A stretch of DNA of 63,976 bases, filler included, from Conidiobolus incongruus B7586 (lineage: Eukaryota): the NCBI GenBank assembly GCA_000697335.1. It is 9 parts of 9 records of this genome, joined end to end, with 100 filler letters (N's around TTAATTAATTAA, not from the genome) between each part and the next. Parts side by side here need not be neighbours in the genome. Positions count along the whole stretch, not along the records: positions 32,342 to 40,443 come from JNEM01007122.1; positions 40,544 to 50,181 come from JNEM01007124.1; 7 more parts are not named here. The stretch is one strand, 5' to 3'. The position numbers and the translations under genes are program-made. Positions 32,242 to 46,500 of this stretch are shown in pieces (the stretch's first letter is position 1; each line of letters begins with the position of its first letter). The notes under the pieces are model-generated. The model saw only the letters and a program-made list of their open reading frames with translations. It was not told the origin of the DNA and ran no database searches.

Positions 32242-35200
32242 NNNNNNNNNNNNNNNNNNNNNNNNNNNNNNNNNNNNNNNNNNNNTTAATTAATTAANNN
32301 NNNNNNNNNNNNNNNNNNNNNNNNNNNNNNNNNNNNNNNNNAAAAAATTTAATAATTTTTTTTAAACTTAATAAATAAATGCCTTTTTAATATTAAATTC
32401 AATTTTAGTAATTAGGATTTTAATATATTATAAGAATAATTATTTGAATTTAATCATAAGATTTTTTCGGTTATACTTAATATTTTGATATATATTTAAC
32501 CAAAAGAATATATATAAGAATTTAATACTTATAAACTATCATAATAAAATATAAAAAGTTAGGTTTTGTAGTATATTTTGATATGGATTTTCTAGAATTA
32601 ATTAACTTTGATTTTTTAAACTTATATTCAATTAAATAATATTTATATTTTATTTTTCTTAATAAAACCAAATTTAAATTTCAATATTTATTATATTTAT
32701 ATAGTTAATTTCAAATACTTTGGTAATTTTGTTAATAGCATAAAAATTTTCCCTTTATATAATTTATGTAATTTTTTTAATAGTTAAAATAATTATATTA
32801 GGAATTATCTAGGTAAATTGATTAAATTTTGGATAATTTGTTTTCAAAATTTAAAGCCATAATTCCAATAATAAATGATAATTTCAGATAAGACACTATT
32901 TTTATAAATTTTATTTAAATTTTAAAAGATTTTAAAGTGTTTGTGTTTAAGTTTTAATAATACCCAAATATAGGATTTTAATAATCATTTTTTAATTTAA
33001 CCAAGTATATATTTAATATTTTATTTTCAAATTAAGAAATAATAATCATAAATAAGCACTTATATCTATTTATTGTTTCATAGTATGAATTTTTATGATT
33101 TTTTTAATTATATTCTAATATCCAGAATTATTAATTTATTTGAAAAATTGGAAAATTAAAATAATGCCATTTTTGATTTTGCAAATCAATTTGAAAAATA
33201 TAAAATTAAGTTAAATTTACAACACCAATTCGAGTTTTTTATACCTAACAAGTCTCTCGAAAAGTTCTAATCATTAATATATACTTAGATGATATATTAT
33301 ACAAATATATACTATCACTAAAAATTATAAAAATATCTAATAAAATATATTTTTAGAAAGGAAATTATAATTAATTGGTAATTTTACTATATATTCAAAT
33401 AATAAACTTATTACAGGCTTTATAAAGATATTTGATAATACCAAATAAAAAAAATAATTTTTAATACCAGACCAAGAATATTTTTTTATATGAAATTTTG
33501 TAATATTAAAATGTATATACTATTAAAGATCTCAATATTCTTTAATAAATTAATAGTTTATTTATATTAAATTAAAATTAAATTAAATAACAAAGTTATT
33601 ATATAATATGTTTTAATTACCAATATTAGAAAGTTTTCAAAAAGTCAAATTTACTTAGTTAAAATATTGAAATTTATTTTAAATTAGTCTTGATTAAGAT
33701 TTTTCAAATATATTTATTATAAATATATTTTCTCAAAGCTATTTCATTGTCTAATATATTATATATAATAGATCTTTAAATATATTTTCTATATTATATA
33801 TTAAAAATAATTATTTCCATCTAATAAGTATAAATTATAAATTAATAATGAATTATGATATTTATTCTGAAAATAAATATATATATTAATTAGATAGAAT
33901 CTAAAATATAAAAAACATTTATAGCTATATATATAATATTTATTTTATATTAAAAGATATTCTAAATTAATTGAAAAAATATATATCAAAACTAATATAT
34001 ATATTTAATATTAATTCATTTAACAATGAATAAGTAAACAAATTTTTTGTATTAATTAAATAATAATGACAAAATAATATTAAAGAATAAAGAGTATTGA
34101 TTAGTACTGTAATATTAAAAACAACTTAAATTAATTTATTTTACTGATATAAATAAATATTTCTTTTTTTAATATAGAGTTGATTAAGAAATCTATATCG
34201 AAATAAATAAAATAAATATTTTATAATTTAAAAAATTAGGATTCTATAATAAAAATTATATAACAGAAAATATAGTATTTATCATTGAATAATAGTTAAA
34301 ATTATAATTTTTATTTTACTGAATAATATTGATATAATCTTTCCAAAAAATTTCATTATTGTTACAAATTTTCATATTTAATATTATATTCAATTTTCGT
34401 AAAATTTTTAAATTATAATAACAGATTTGTCCTATATTACTATAATATGAAGTATTAGGATTATATAATAAATTACTGAAGTTATTATGTTGATAAATTA
34501 ACATGTAGTTATTCATATAAATAACAGTTGTTTTTTATTATTATAACCAAATTATGAATATAATTAAGCATAATTAAAATATTTGAAATTTATATTTATT
34601 ATAATTTCATTTTTTATTAATACTAGTGTTTGTACTTTAATTAAGTGAATATTTTAACATATGTAAATAAAAAATCATCCTTCGATATTCAAATATTAGA
34701 GTTTATATTAATATGGATATTTTAATCCCTAGCCCCAAGAACTTGTAATATTTTAGAAATTTCATATTTTAAGTATCCTTTTAATAAGCTTGAAATATTT
34801 AAAACATTCAACTTTATTCTTCTATATTTTAAAAACCATTTTGAATGTTTGCCTTATATTCTGTACCTATTTAATGAATCACTTCCAATGGGTGAGTTTG
34901 CTCCCTGTCGATATCATTTCATATTGTTTGTGATTTAAATATTGAATATTTTTATTCAAAAGATATTTGGTTAATTGAAAATCCATATCAAAAAATGATT
35001 ATATTTTGTCAAATAATTTATATTATAAAAAGTTACTACTCTCAATAATGGGTTTTCAAGATTATATCAGTAATATCATGAATTCTCTACTAAAACTGTG
35101 ACTGAATAATATAAATTATCAGATATTATAATTTTAAATCTTTTATTTTAAATGGAATATATATATATATATATATTATTATTTTTAATTTAATAAGTTA

Positions 35201-35399
35201 AACAAATTAATCAATATTATAAATATTAAGAAATAGATAATATAATTGTAATAAAGGAAAAAATGAAATATTAAATTTTCAGAATATAATAATTATAGAA
35301 TTTAATATAATATAATTTCAATATATAATTTTATAAATTATTTCTTAAAAAAATATCAACACAAAATAATTTTATTTATTATAATATTATATTTTATAA

Positions 35400-35708
35400 T
35401 AAGTTTTTTTAATAAAGATCATTGTTAGAAAAGTACTCATAATATCTTTTAGTAAATTAATTATTAATACTGTATGTCTTAAAACTTACTGCTGAGACCA
35501 TAGCAGAATACCCAGAAAAAACTTCCCTCTCCACTCTTGTTACTTCTGGGTTTAAACAAATCATTCAGTGAGTGACCTAGGATTTGTTTAATTCTAATCA
35601 AAGGTTCTACAAAAGATCATTCGATTATGGACTAACAGAACCACTAAAAATGAGGTGTAATATATGCATAATTATCCAATCAAGACAGATGGGTATTTTT
35701 GAAATACA
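35400..35708 (-). repeat. Dispersed repeat homologous to 18691-19000; family unidentified
   Basis: Same shared blocks as listed for 18691-19000. Confidence 0.75.
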
Positions 35709-35957
35709 TCAATAGCACTAATAAGACAGGGAATGATAGAATTAAATTTGTATAGTGGATTTAATTTGCAAGAAAAAACTTTTGGTGGATAAACAAACAA
35801 AATTTATTTTTAAATTAATATAATTTTACCAGTAATTTGGAATATTAAGATTTAAAAAATATCTCAAGTGAAATAATGGATATTTAAATATTGCAATGAT
35901 TATATAATCATCCACAACTCAAATATGCTTCGGACAAATTTTGATAATAATAAAAAA

Positions 35958-37810
35958 TTACCATTCAAGCTTAAGCCAAGTTACAAGAATTCTTGTAGGC
36001 GGTTCCGTATCCACAGTCGAATTGAAATGAAATTTTCCATTAGTTTTAATTTGAGACAAACAGAATTTGTAATATATTTCTGCTGATCGACTGTAAACTG
36101 AGAATTGTCGCATGAGCTCTACCATAAATTGTAAAATTTTCATATCTTCTGGGCTTTCTGCTGGAATGAAAACTTTGATTAGTTGAAGAAGTAGGAGAGG
36201 AATTAGTGGACAGCTGATATAGTACATGGTGAGGTCAATATCGGGCTCCGGATGACCTTGCATTCGCATGGTACGACTGATAAACCCAATTAACTCGTGA
36301 CATAAAGTCTTTGCTGTGGATCTGGGTGCTTTGGCCAAATTCAGTTCGTCCATAAACGTTAAATGTTTAAACAATAATAAAAAGTAAAATATATGGAGTG
36401 AATTGAACCATAGGATCGACACCAGCATTGTGGTATTGGCGTAGTAATCTGGATCTTTCATTACTTGAGCTTCGTACCTTTTTAAGTCATATTCGTATTT
36501 GTTCCTTTCAAACAGTGGAGGATAGTAATCTTGTAGTTCCTTAACAATAAATTTATTCTCCTCTCGAGTAGGTCGAGTCTTGAAAAATTTGATGATATAC
36601 TCAACAATCGGAATCATTGAATCACATAATGATGTGATCCTGGCAAGAGCATGAAAATGGGGAATGGAATTGTATATTGTGTATTGGTGAGTAAGTTCAA
36701 AATCTTCATCCAAGATATCCGTAGGATCGTAAGGACCTGGATTAAAATTCAGCTGCCGATGTGGCATATGTAGCTCAAGAGGATTAGATTTCAATTGCAA
36801 TGGTTTTAAATAGCATACAGATATTGCCATTTCTGCACAGAGTCGACACCACCAAGAATTTCGGATTTCGCTAGTATTGAGATCCAATTTAGCTCGTGGC
36901 TTTAATGAGTAGTCCTGGTCAATCAGATGCCCTCCAGTCTCTAATAGTGCTCTAAAATAATAAGGTTAAACAAATGATATAAAAAAACTGATATATATAT
37001 ACTTTGTCCATTTCCCGAGATTAATAAAGCATGACCATAAATTTCCATGATTAACTTCTAGCAAAATCAGTACGATAGTACCAAGGATAATTTCATTCAA
37101 GGGTGTTGAAGGAGAATTTAGTAAATATATTGCCCTTATATAAAATACGTTATCCTTTAAATCCAACTGTTGTGTGCTACCTGTTAACATTAAGTACTTA
37201 GGTAGCATGGATGCTGCAAGAGCATTAACTAAATACGAATTAATTCCATATTTGTTATAAGTATTTTCGATCGTTTCTGGTGATACAGGACATACTAAAC
37301 TGAATTTAAAAGACATACTAATTAAAATCTCTAATAATTGCTGTAATTGAAATGAAACACTGTCGTTGTCGAGATGTACTTTTCTTGATATTTTTAATAC
37401 GTTATTTTTCGCTTTTCTCCCTACTACTTGTTCGTATAACTTATAGTTAAAATTACACTATATAATATATTAGTTGACATTCATTTATGGTTCATGTGAA
37501 AAATTACCATTACTGAATCGATTTTCGGGTCGACTTGAGACCAATCTACCAATCTCTCCAAGGTTGTGGTTAATTTGAGCCATTTTAGTTCGAGTTTGTT
37601 GATATTTTTCAAGTGGTAATAACTTATTTCAGTAGAGCCACCTCCCTCAACTTCTTCATTCTTACCACTAAAATCAATTAATCTTTTACTCTTTTTAATA
37701 TAACAACAGTATCTAGAATATTTAATACAATTTGAACAAGGTTCCAACCGATTACACTTAATCTTCTGTCGTTTACACTCAATACAGCTCAACTGGATTC
37801 TTTCTTTCAT
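35958..37810 (-). CDS. Zn(II)2Cys6 fungal transcription factor
   Basis: CIECKRQKIKCNRLEPCSNCIKYSRYC fits C-x2-C-x6-C-x5-C-x2-C-x6-C. Exons 37810-37508, 37457-37003 and 36951-35958 splice in frame through GT-AG introns; EIRNSWW resembles the middle homology region. Confidence 0.9.
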
Positions 37811-40059
37811 TTGAATTTTTGAGCAATATACTATTCAATCGTAAAAGACTAACCTTTTTAGTGAAGCTGCTTAAATATAAATCTTAATCATTGGCATTGT
37901 TAATCAATGCATTAATGCAAGAATCCGAAATAATTAACCATATTCGGCATAAAGTATCAATTTTAGCTTGAAATCATTTATTAATTCAACTTAATAATCT
38001 ATTGAATATTGCATTTTAATAGCTAACCAATTCATTTTATTTTAAATATTACTTTTCTCTCAAGTAAAACTTTGTGTATATGTATTTTCAACGGACTCAA
38101 AATTATACTTTATAATTTAGAATAAAATACTATCTCATTTTTAAATATCAGCTTTAAATATATTTATAAAATTGAGAAATAATTGTTATATTAATACAAT
38201 CTTTAATTTGAATGCATTTAATCTATGCCTCAAAATTTTGCAAATATTCCAACTTCATTCCATATGAATTGAGGTGAATTTTAATTGGTAGCTGATTGCT
38301 TATCAGTTGATTTATGGTATAAAAAGTATTAAATTGATTCTATTTCAAATAGAGTTAAATCTGATCTTTTAGAAATCAATTTTGCATTTCTATATTTTTA
38401 CATACTTTCAATCATTCCAAATATCTGACTATTATCAAATATTATGCCTTTGAATTTTAAATATTAACAACCTTAAAATTTATAAATTTAATAATTATAT
38501 GAAATGGATAAAAATTGAGATATAATATTTTTGTTAAAAGGAAAAAATTGGAGAACGTTTGAACTTGTTAAATAAAATAAAGTATACTTAATATTAAAAA
38601 TAATAATTTTATTTAATATTGCTCAATATTAAAAATCCACTTGATAATAATTTTAAACTTGATTTAGTTCAATACCATGTAAATGTCGAGGGTTAACGCT
38701 GACAACAATGGGTTTTACGAGCTTAAACGGGGAATCGCCAATAGTAAACGATAAATTACCACGGAATTAAGGGAAATTATTGGGGTTCACCAAAGTAGGT
38801 GAAAATGATTTGCTATGAATCAGGCTCTTCGAATAAAGTAAATATCTCACGCTCGTCACAACTCAACACTTTTGTGAGGGTTATGAGAAAAACTTAGAGA
38901 CTGTATACTTTTGAAAATGAAGATAGAAGATATGTTTATTAGTTTGCTTATGATAATCTTATATTAGGTTCCATTGTTGATTTTTGTGGACATGAATGAC
39001 TTACGGGCAGAAAGTAATAGGATCAACTAGTTCATGGGATGTGATATCTCCAATGTGACTTCTCAAATCCAGCGGTAATCGGAGTTTCTTGAGTAATTGA
39101 CAGGATTATTCTCCATCATAAAGCAAAATATTGGTAATCAAATATATTAAAATTAATGATATTATAATAAGTTACAAGTAAATACAACAAAGTGTTGAGG
39201 TACATCAACCACATTGTAATTTCTATAATGGCAAATTTAATTGTATTTTATGTTTTATCTTTAATTTGACTAATGCATTTAATAATTAAATATATATTTA
39301 TAGATTCAAATGCAATCCTTGTTAATCCTCAAAAAAATTAGAAAAATTCCATTATGCTTAAATGCTACACGATTTATATTTATTACATCAATACCCAATG
39401 ATTTTTGAATATAAGTAAAATATATTATTCTTTTATTTTTTAATTTAAAATTTCTATATCAATAATCTTAATTTACCAGTAAACCATTATATATTAAATA
39501 TTGTAACTTACTCTTTAATATTAAATAACATTTTAAAGAAATTTTTAATTTTCTTATATTTTAACTCAAATAATTTATAAAATATTTAGTAAATTTAATA
39601 ATAATATATAATATTTTCAGACTTATATCTTTTATCATTTTTATTAGCTAAATCTAGCTTATTTAAACATATTTTTTTAGAAATTAAATTTTTTGCTATC
39701 AATTGATATTGAAGAAAAATTAGACCATTTAACTTAGGAATATCAATCTTAATATAAATATAATTCAATATATATTTACCCTCGTAAACCTTATTTCTGA
39801 ACACATTAATTTAAATATGTTTTTTAAGAGAAACCAAATTGTCACTCTAAATTATATATAAATTTCTTTATATTATATTCAAAATTATTATAAAACATAA
39901 TATTTTCAAAGTTGCAAATATATAGTTAATCATTTTTAATATTACTTTTTAATTAAAATAATAGGAGTTATTTATAAATGAAACAAAGTAGATATTTTAA
40001 TAAATAATATATAAAAATAAATGATTAATATTAAATTAATATTTTTCTACTATTAATAT

Positions 40060-40443
40060 CATTATGCTAAATTATTGATAAATTTCTTATCATTAGAAAA
40101 TAATTTTTTATATCAAACTCTAAAATTTTATAATTCATTAATTAATTAATTTTTTTAGTAAATATTTTCTCTTATTTAAGCAGATATTTTATTCAATTCA
40201 AATAAATATCATTATATTATTTATAATTAGATAAATTTATAAGATATGGTAGTTTTTACAAATTTTTTTAATAAGAAAATTTTCTATAACTTTATTTTAA
40301 TATATTTTATAAATATAATGTAAAATAATATATTATATAAAATTAAATTAAAATTACCTATTAAAAAATTTATAATTAATTTATTTTCTCTTAATTATCA
40401 AATAAAAACTATATATATTAATATAGTTCTTTATATAAATTAA
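40060..40443 (-). mobile_element. More diverged mariner C-terminal relic
   Basis: The reverse complement gives ILHYIYKIY*NKVIENFLIKK followed, after a shift, by KLPYL; homologous to 41340-41430. Confidence 0.45.
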
Positions 40444-40602
40444 NNNNNNNNNNNNNNNNNNNNNNNNNNNNNNNNNNNNNNNNNNNNTTAATTAATTAAN
40501 NNNNNNNNNNNNNNNNNNNNNNNNNNNNNNNNNNNNNNNNNNNATATAATAATTTTTTTGATTAAAAAATTTATTTTTTAAAATTGGTTATTTAATTTAA
40601 TT

Positions 40603-41633
40603 ATGCTTAAATCAAATAATATCTATCAAAATTCTTTTATTTCAATATTAATAAAGCTTAACCACAAACCCTCTAAAATCAATTAAAATATATAAATAGC
40701 TTTTAGTAATGAAATATTATCTAAATTAATAATTTATTACTAGGTAAATTATGTTAAAACTAAGAAAGAAATTACCCAAACCTTGTTAAAATCTAAAAGA
40801 TTAATTTTAACTATTACTCTTTTAACTATTAATAAAATGAAAAATTATATTGAAAAACACCTTTTTATTTCAATAAAAAAGTTATTAAGATATTTTAATA
40901 TTATTTAATTATTTATTTTATATATATTAAAGTTTAAATTAAAATTAATTTATATAAATATAAAATAGGTATCTTATATTTAATTAAAGCTCAAAAAAAG
41001 CTAAAATAGCTATTGCTAAATAAAACTGATTAAGGTATAGCTAGAAACTAAGGCTTTTACAATAAATTATTATAATTGATAAATCTTAGATTTTTTTATA
41101 TAATCCTTTGCTAAACTATAAATCAAATTATTGGATTAAGCTAAATCAACCCCCTTTATAAATTTTTTTAAATAAATATTTTATTAGTAAGTAAATATTA
41201 ATAGTTATAATAAATTATAATAATATATTCTATTTTTATTTAGTTCTTAAATGAAAATCAACTAATAATAAACTCTATATTTCTTTTTTAAATAAAATTA
41301 TTTCTAATTAGTATTCTCAATATAATTTAAAAAAACCTATTATTTTGCATAATAATTGCAAAATATAAAATCTAAAGTTATAAAAAACTTTCTAATTATA
41401 AATAATTGGAAAAAACAATTATATCTAGTATATTTCTTAGATTATAACCTATTTGATTATAATTGTTCTAAGTAATTAAAAAACTAGCTTATAAGAAAGA
41501 AAATTTTTGATAGAAAATTTTATTAGTTTATGAAACATAAAATCTTATTCTTTAATAAAAAAATTATTTTTTAGGTGTTAAATCATTGTTAAAAATATAG
41601 CAAAAAATAATAAATAATAAAGGAAATTATTAA
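40603..41633 (+). mobile_element. Full-length mariner (DD34D) transposase relic
   Basis: ATG 40603 to TAA 41633 (about 345 codons, few indels). Decayed motifs: AFSNEILSK..Y* (HTH); K*VSY (WVPH, 40966); IIIDKS*IFLYNP (D1, 41078); YWIKLNQPP; IILHNNC (D2 as AAT, 41351); W..YLVYFLDYNLFDY (HPxYSPDxxPxDY, D3 at 41455); GVKSLLKI*QKIINNKGNY*. D2-D3 spacing is 34 after correcting a 1-nt loss and is confirmed without indel in the 63k copy. Confidence 0.88.
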
Positions 41634-41740
41634 TTTTATATTATTTATTTTTTTATTTTTTATATATTCAAATGTTTATTTTTTTCAATTACAAAAAATT
41701 CTTATTATTTATATTATAAAGTAATAATTTTATATTTTGA

Positions 41741-42256
41741 TTTGTGTTTTAGTAAAGGATTATTTAAAAAGATTTAAAATTTATTAATTATAATAATTTA
41801 ATATAAAAACCTCAATTTCTAGCTATATCTTAATAAGTTTTATTTAATAATAATTATTTTAGTTTTTTTAAGTTTTAATTAATTATAAGGTATTTATTTT
41901 ATATTTTTCTGAATTAATTTATCTTAAATTTTAATAAATTTAAAATACTTTATAACTAATATTAAATTATTTTAATAATTGTTTAAATAAAATAAAAAGC
42001 TATTTTTCAATATATTTTTGTACTATATTAATTATTAAAAAAATAATAGTTAAAATTAGTTTTTTAGATTTTAACAAGTTTTTGATAATTTTTTTTAACC
42101 TTAAAGTAATTTATTTAATGATAAATTATTAATTTAAATAATATTTTATTATTAAAAGTTACTTGTAAATTTTAAATAATTTTAAAAATATAATAGTTTA
42201 GTGTTATTAATATTAAAATTAAAATTGTTTAATGATTAATATTTAATTTCAGCAAT
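41741..42256 (-). mobile_element. mariner transposase relic, N-terminal half
   Basis: Direct repeat of ~29640-30150 (e.g. aattataaggtatttattttatattttt, aaattattaatttaaataatattttattattaaaagtt). Confidence 0.7.
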
Positions 42257-43585
42257 ATTAAAGTAAACAATAGTTTTATAAAATCATTATATATTATATA
42301 TATAATTCAAAACTTTATATTCTTTTATTTGTTTTATATATACTCTTTGATTTAATAGTAATAATAAGTTTGAAAAATTAAAAATTAAAAAATTTCCCAT
42401 TTTTTTAATTCTTTGGTAATAAAACATCATTTTGAAAAATATTTCTAAATTTAAATAATTATAGAGTTCTTATAGTAAATTTTTATTAATACAAAAATAA
42501 AGACTTTTAGTAATTAAGATTTAGTTTAAATATGATTAAATTAATTAATAACTTTCCAAGGTTAATTTTTTGATGAAAAGAAATTAAATATTTATATATA
42601 TAGTTTATAATTATTTTCTTCTTATTTATTTTATATATCTTTTTTGAAATTAATAATATATTTGAAAAATAAAAAATTAAAATATCATATTTCTTTGGAT
42701 ATAAAGTAATATAACCAAATAATTACTAAATTTAGTCTATTTTAATAATATTATTTAAATGTTTAAATTTTTAACTTAAAATAACCATATCCAAGTTTTT
42801 CAAATTAAATATAATAAATCAATGATTTTCATATCATTTATCAGGGATTGTAATTGAATATCAATTTATTGTTATATTTTCATATTTTAATCATATTTAA
42901 ACTTGATTTTTTATATTAAATATACCATTATATGACATGATATATTTTATTAAATATATAATAATTAAATATAATATTTTTTTTAAATATCGTAAATTTT
43001 TTGAAGAATGTAATTATTTATACTAATCATCTTAATCTACTAAATTTGTATTATATTATCCATTTTTCATAACCGAAATCATCTCATTATACCAATAAAT
43101 AACTCCATATCAATTGTTGTTATTGAAAAAGTTATATCGTATTGACGCAGATTTGAATATATTACACTAACCTCAATATGAAAAAACACAATTATTAACT
43201 CATTCATATATAAAGTAATCTGATTGAAACTTAAACTTCTTCCATTGATAATACTGACCCTTTTTTACAATACTCTTATTGATTCATACAACTGTTTCAA
43301 TTGAAATTGATTTAAATTTAATCTATTCTGAATAAAAACAAATCTACTATAATACTTTAAAAATAATTTTTTGTATGTAAATTTATTTGAATATACTTGG
43401 ATTAAATATTTTTGCATTATTGAATATAATGTTAACCAAAGACTCAGTTTCAATATAAATTGAAATAAATTTTATTAGAATTCAATAATTTTCAATTGAT
43501 TTACAATTTTACATAACCACCGTTATCTGATATAAATTCAATTTAATTCTAAAGAAAATTGGGATGGAATCAAGGATATATAAAA

Positions 43586-46500
43586 TTAATCTCGATGCAA
43601 TTCCCAAGTCAATGTACCAAACAAACTCTTCATTTGATCACCCAAAAATTCCAATTCCGAAATCAAATCATCTAGGACCACAACGAATGCATAATACAGA
43701 ATTTGATGATTCTTATCCAACAATATAATCTTACTCCTAATGATTGGCAACTCTCTGAGGGCATTGATCAATTGCTTACGTTGGGAATTGGCTGGTGGCA
43801 TTGCCGGAGGGAGGGGGGGTTTGAGTATAACCGCACTAGAGAGGATATAAAAGTACAATAAGATACTGCCAGTGACAGCTTCTGAATACGAATTTAGAGG
43901 AATTAAAAAATCAGATTGTATTTCCCTATTCCATTGATCTTTGGTCATGAGGAGACGCATCGATATGAAAATATTTAATAGTTTTTGGCAACTGTCTAAG
44001 ATTTTTTTGTAAGTGGCACTAGGAAATTGACCTTTTAGACGGGGTTCGTTGATCGTGTCAGTTAGCAGCGATCGTAGGTGGGCTAAACTGACTTGGAGGT
44101 CGTACTCCATAGCGATGTACTTTTTACTAAGGAGCTGGTTACTTGCCGAGATTCCCACTGACGATTCTGTATCGTAACTGTGGGAACTTGCACTTAAAAG
44201 AGGTGTCCTTAAATTCATATTGTCCTGGATTTGAAGTGGCTTTATCGTGAGAAATTTGCCCACCAAGTTGCTGAATAGGATACTGGAGTTACCGAAGAAT
44301 TCGCTGAGACCTTTTCGGAGTTCTTTCCTAGCTTCGTAGGGGAATACCCAGGACGAAGTGATGAGGCCTGCAAAAACTCCCACCAAAACGGACAGGGCTC
44401 GAGTGAGAGCGTAGTGAAACAGTACAAAATCTTCGTCATGTCTATAAGCAAATTTGGTCAAAGCTACCAAATTATAGGACAATAAAGTCATTTGACCAAC
44501 TCTAGGGTATGCAGTATACTGGTACAGATAGAGACAAGGAATAGAGAATAGTGACGAAGCTATGGGAAGAAGGATAGGATGGCCAGCTAAGACACCATAG
44601 ATCAAGTAACCCGAGAATGATCCAATAACAGTACCCAACCCACGGTACAACCCATATGCATTACTAGCACCCACAGTTGGCGACATGACTAAAAACATGG
44701 TAATAAGAGCCCAAGCAGCTCTAAACTCCTTATAAATGTCTTGATAATCGTCCAAGAATGCCGGGATACTGACAATCAGCACTGCCACGGCGGATTTTAG
44801 AGCAAACACGATATTAGGATTCCTAAGTGACATTAAAAAGTACCAAAAGTGAGTGGTACATCGTTGGAACCAGGATTGAGGATTGGGATTATGTTGAGCT
44901 TGGACTGGTGAACGACGAAATGCTCCACTTCCTATTTTATTTTCGCCAGTTGACAATAATGAATCTTTGATTTTGGTGACGAACCCTTTCAACCAGGACC
45001 ATATACCGATTGAGTGATGTTTCAAACTAAACCACACAGGATTCTCATGATCACTATTATCGTGGAAATCTTGCACAGCATCTAATAAGCATAGAAGTTC
45101 CTGAGCGAATTCCTGCAAATTGAAGACAAAAAAGTAGACTAGAAACACTTCCTCGTGAGGCTTACCATTGTAGCTAGTCCTCTGATACAGTTGAATGATC
45201 GCCTGGTTGTGACTCCTGTCGAACTCTTGGATACTGAGTTTCAGGTCGTGTTTCAGTTTCCTAAAGTCGTGGGGCTCTAACAAATCGTGGAAATCTTCGT
45301 TGGATTCAGATTCATCGTAGTTGACACCATTCGTAGGGTCGAGAATACTACGGTGTTTGATTTTGTACGTTTCGCTAACATTGATTAAAACGCGTTTACA
45401 CGTGGAGGCTAAAGATTTTAAGTGGGGGCCTACGAAATCGATAAAGTCGTAAAGAATTGTAATATCGAGATCTAAATTGCCACTCTCGTCTTCGAAAGAT
45501 TTCCCATTGTCCAAATTGGGCGAAGCTGGATTTTGATAGGGTGTTAAATGGGGGGAATACACTGATGTTGACGACATTTGGTCAGCGCCCGGCGGAAGCA
45601 TGGATGCATACTTCTTACGTCTGAGTAACTTTCTCCTATGATTGAGTTGATTGTAAGGTGTTTCATTCTGACCAATTTCACCCAACAATTCCTTTTGAGC
45701 TTCCAAACCAGTTGTTAAACCACCCATTTTTTGACCCAAACTCTCCAACTTGTTAATCACTTTACCAAGTTTCATCCACACCGCAAAATTAAAGAAGAAT
45801 TCTAATTTACTTTGGGTGTACCGTTTCTTCAAATTCAAGAAAGCAGTGGTTTGTTCATTCAACAAAGTCTTCAAGTACTTCTCATTGTTTTGGTTGCCGG
45901 GAGGACTTACTAACAGGAAAGTTTTGACCAAAGCTTGCAATAATTTTTGATTGGTTTCTAACGATTTGACAATATCTTTCTTGAGGTATGTAGCTTCCCA
46001 CCGTGGCCAGAATGTCGTCGTAACAAATAGATTAATCACTATTCCCGATCCCAGCGCTTTCGCGAGATCCCACACCTTTTGAGAGCTGAAAGTATCTTCG
46101 ACAAATACGGTGTAATTACAGATGACTATATAGACAATAATCGCTGCATTCGGAATCGATTTCGATACGACTGGACTCCTAAAACTTGCTTTAACATAAG
46201 CTAGAAAAAATGTGACACACCCCACAAAAATGAACCAGGTACTAAGTTTCCCTACGTAATGAGATTATGAATATTCCAAAAATTCATATTATACAATGAT
46301 AAATAAGACGATATTAAGCCAAACAAAATAAATGTTGTGCCGTAAATAATAGACTCCAAAAATTGACCAATACTGACAGCTGGCGACATGAAAAATACCG
46401 AAATTGCTGCCATGTGACTCGATGTGCCAATTATTTGTCGCATTGATGGAATGAATGTTAGAAGGGAGCCCAAAAAGTAGCCGATAACACCTTTGAGAAC

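Noticed and set aside
35475..35728. Four consecutive hairpins (CTGCT/AGCAG, ACCCAGAA/TTCTGGGT, TAAACAAATC/GATTTGTTTA, GGTTCT/AGAACC) enclosed by TGTCTTA/TAAGACA, suggesting a structured ncRNA
   Set aside because: The homologous copy at 18691-19000 does not preserve or compensate these stems, and I found no snRNA, SRP, RNase P/MRP or hammerhead core motif.
46242..46255. 14-nt GT..AG segment whose removal would restore the FUSC frame
   Set aside because: Far below the ~45-60 nt intron size seen here; a 1-nt indel is more parsimonious.
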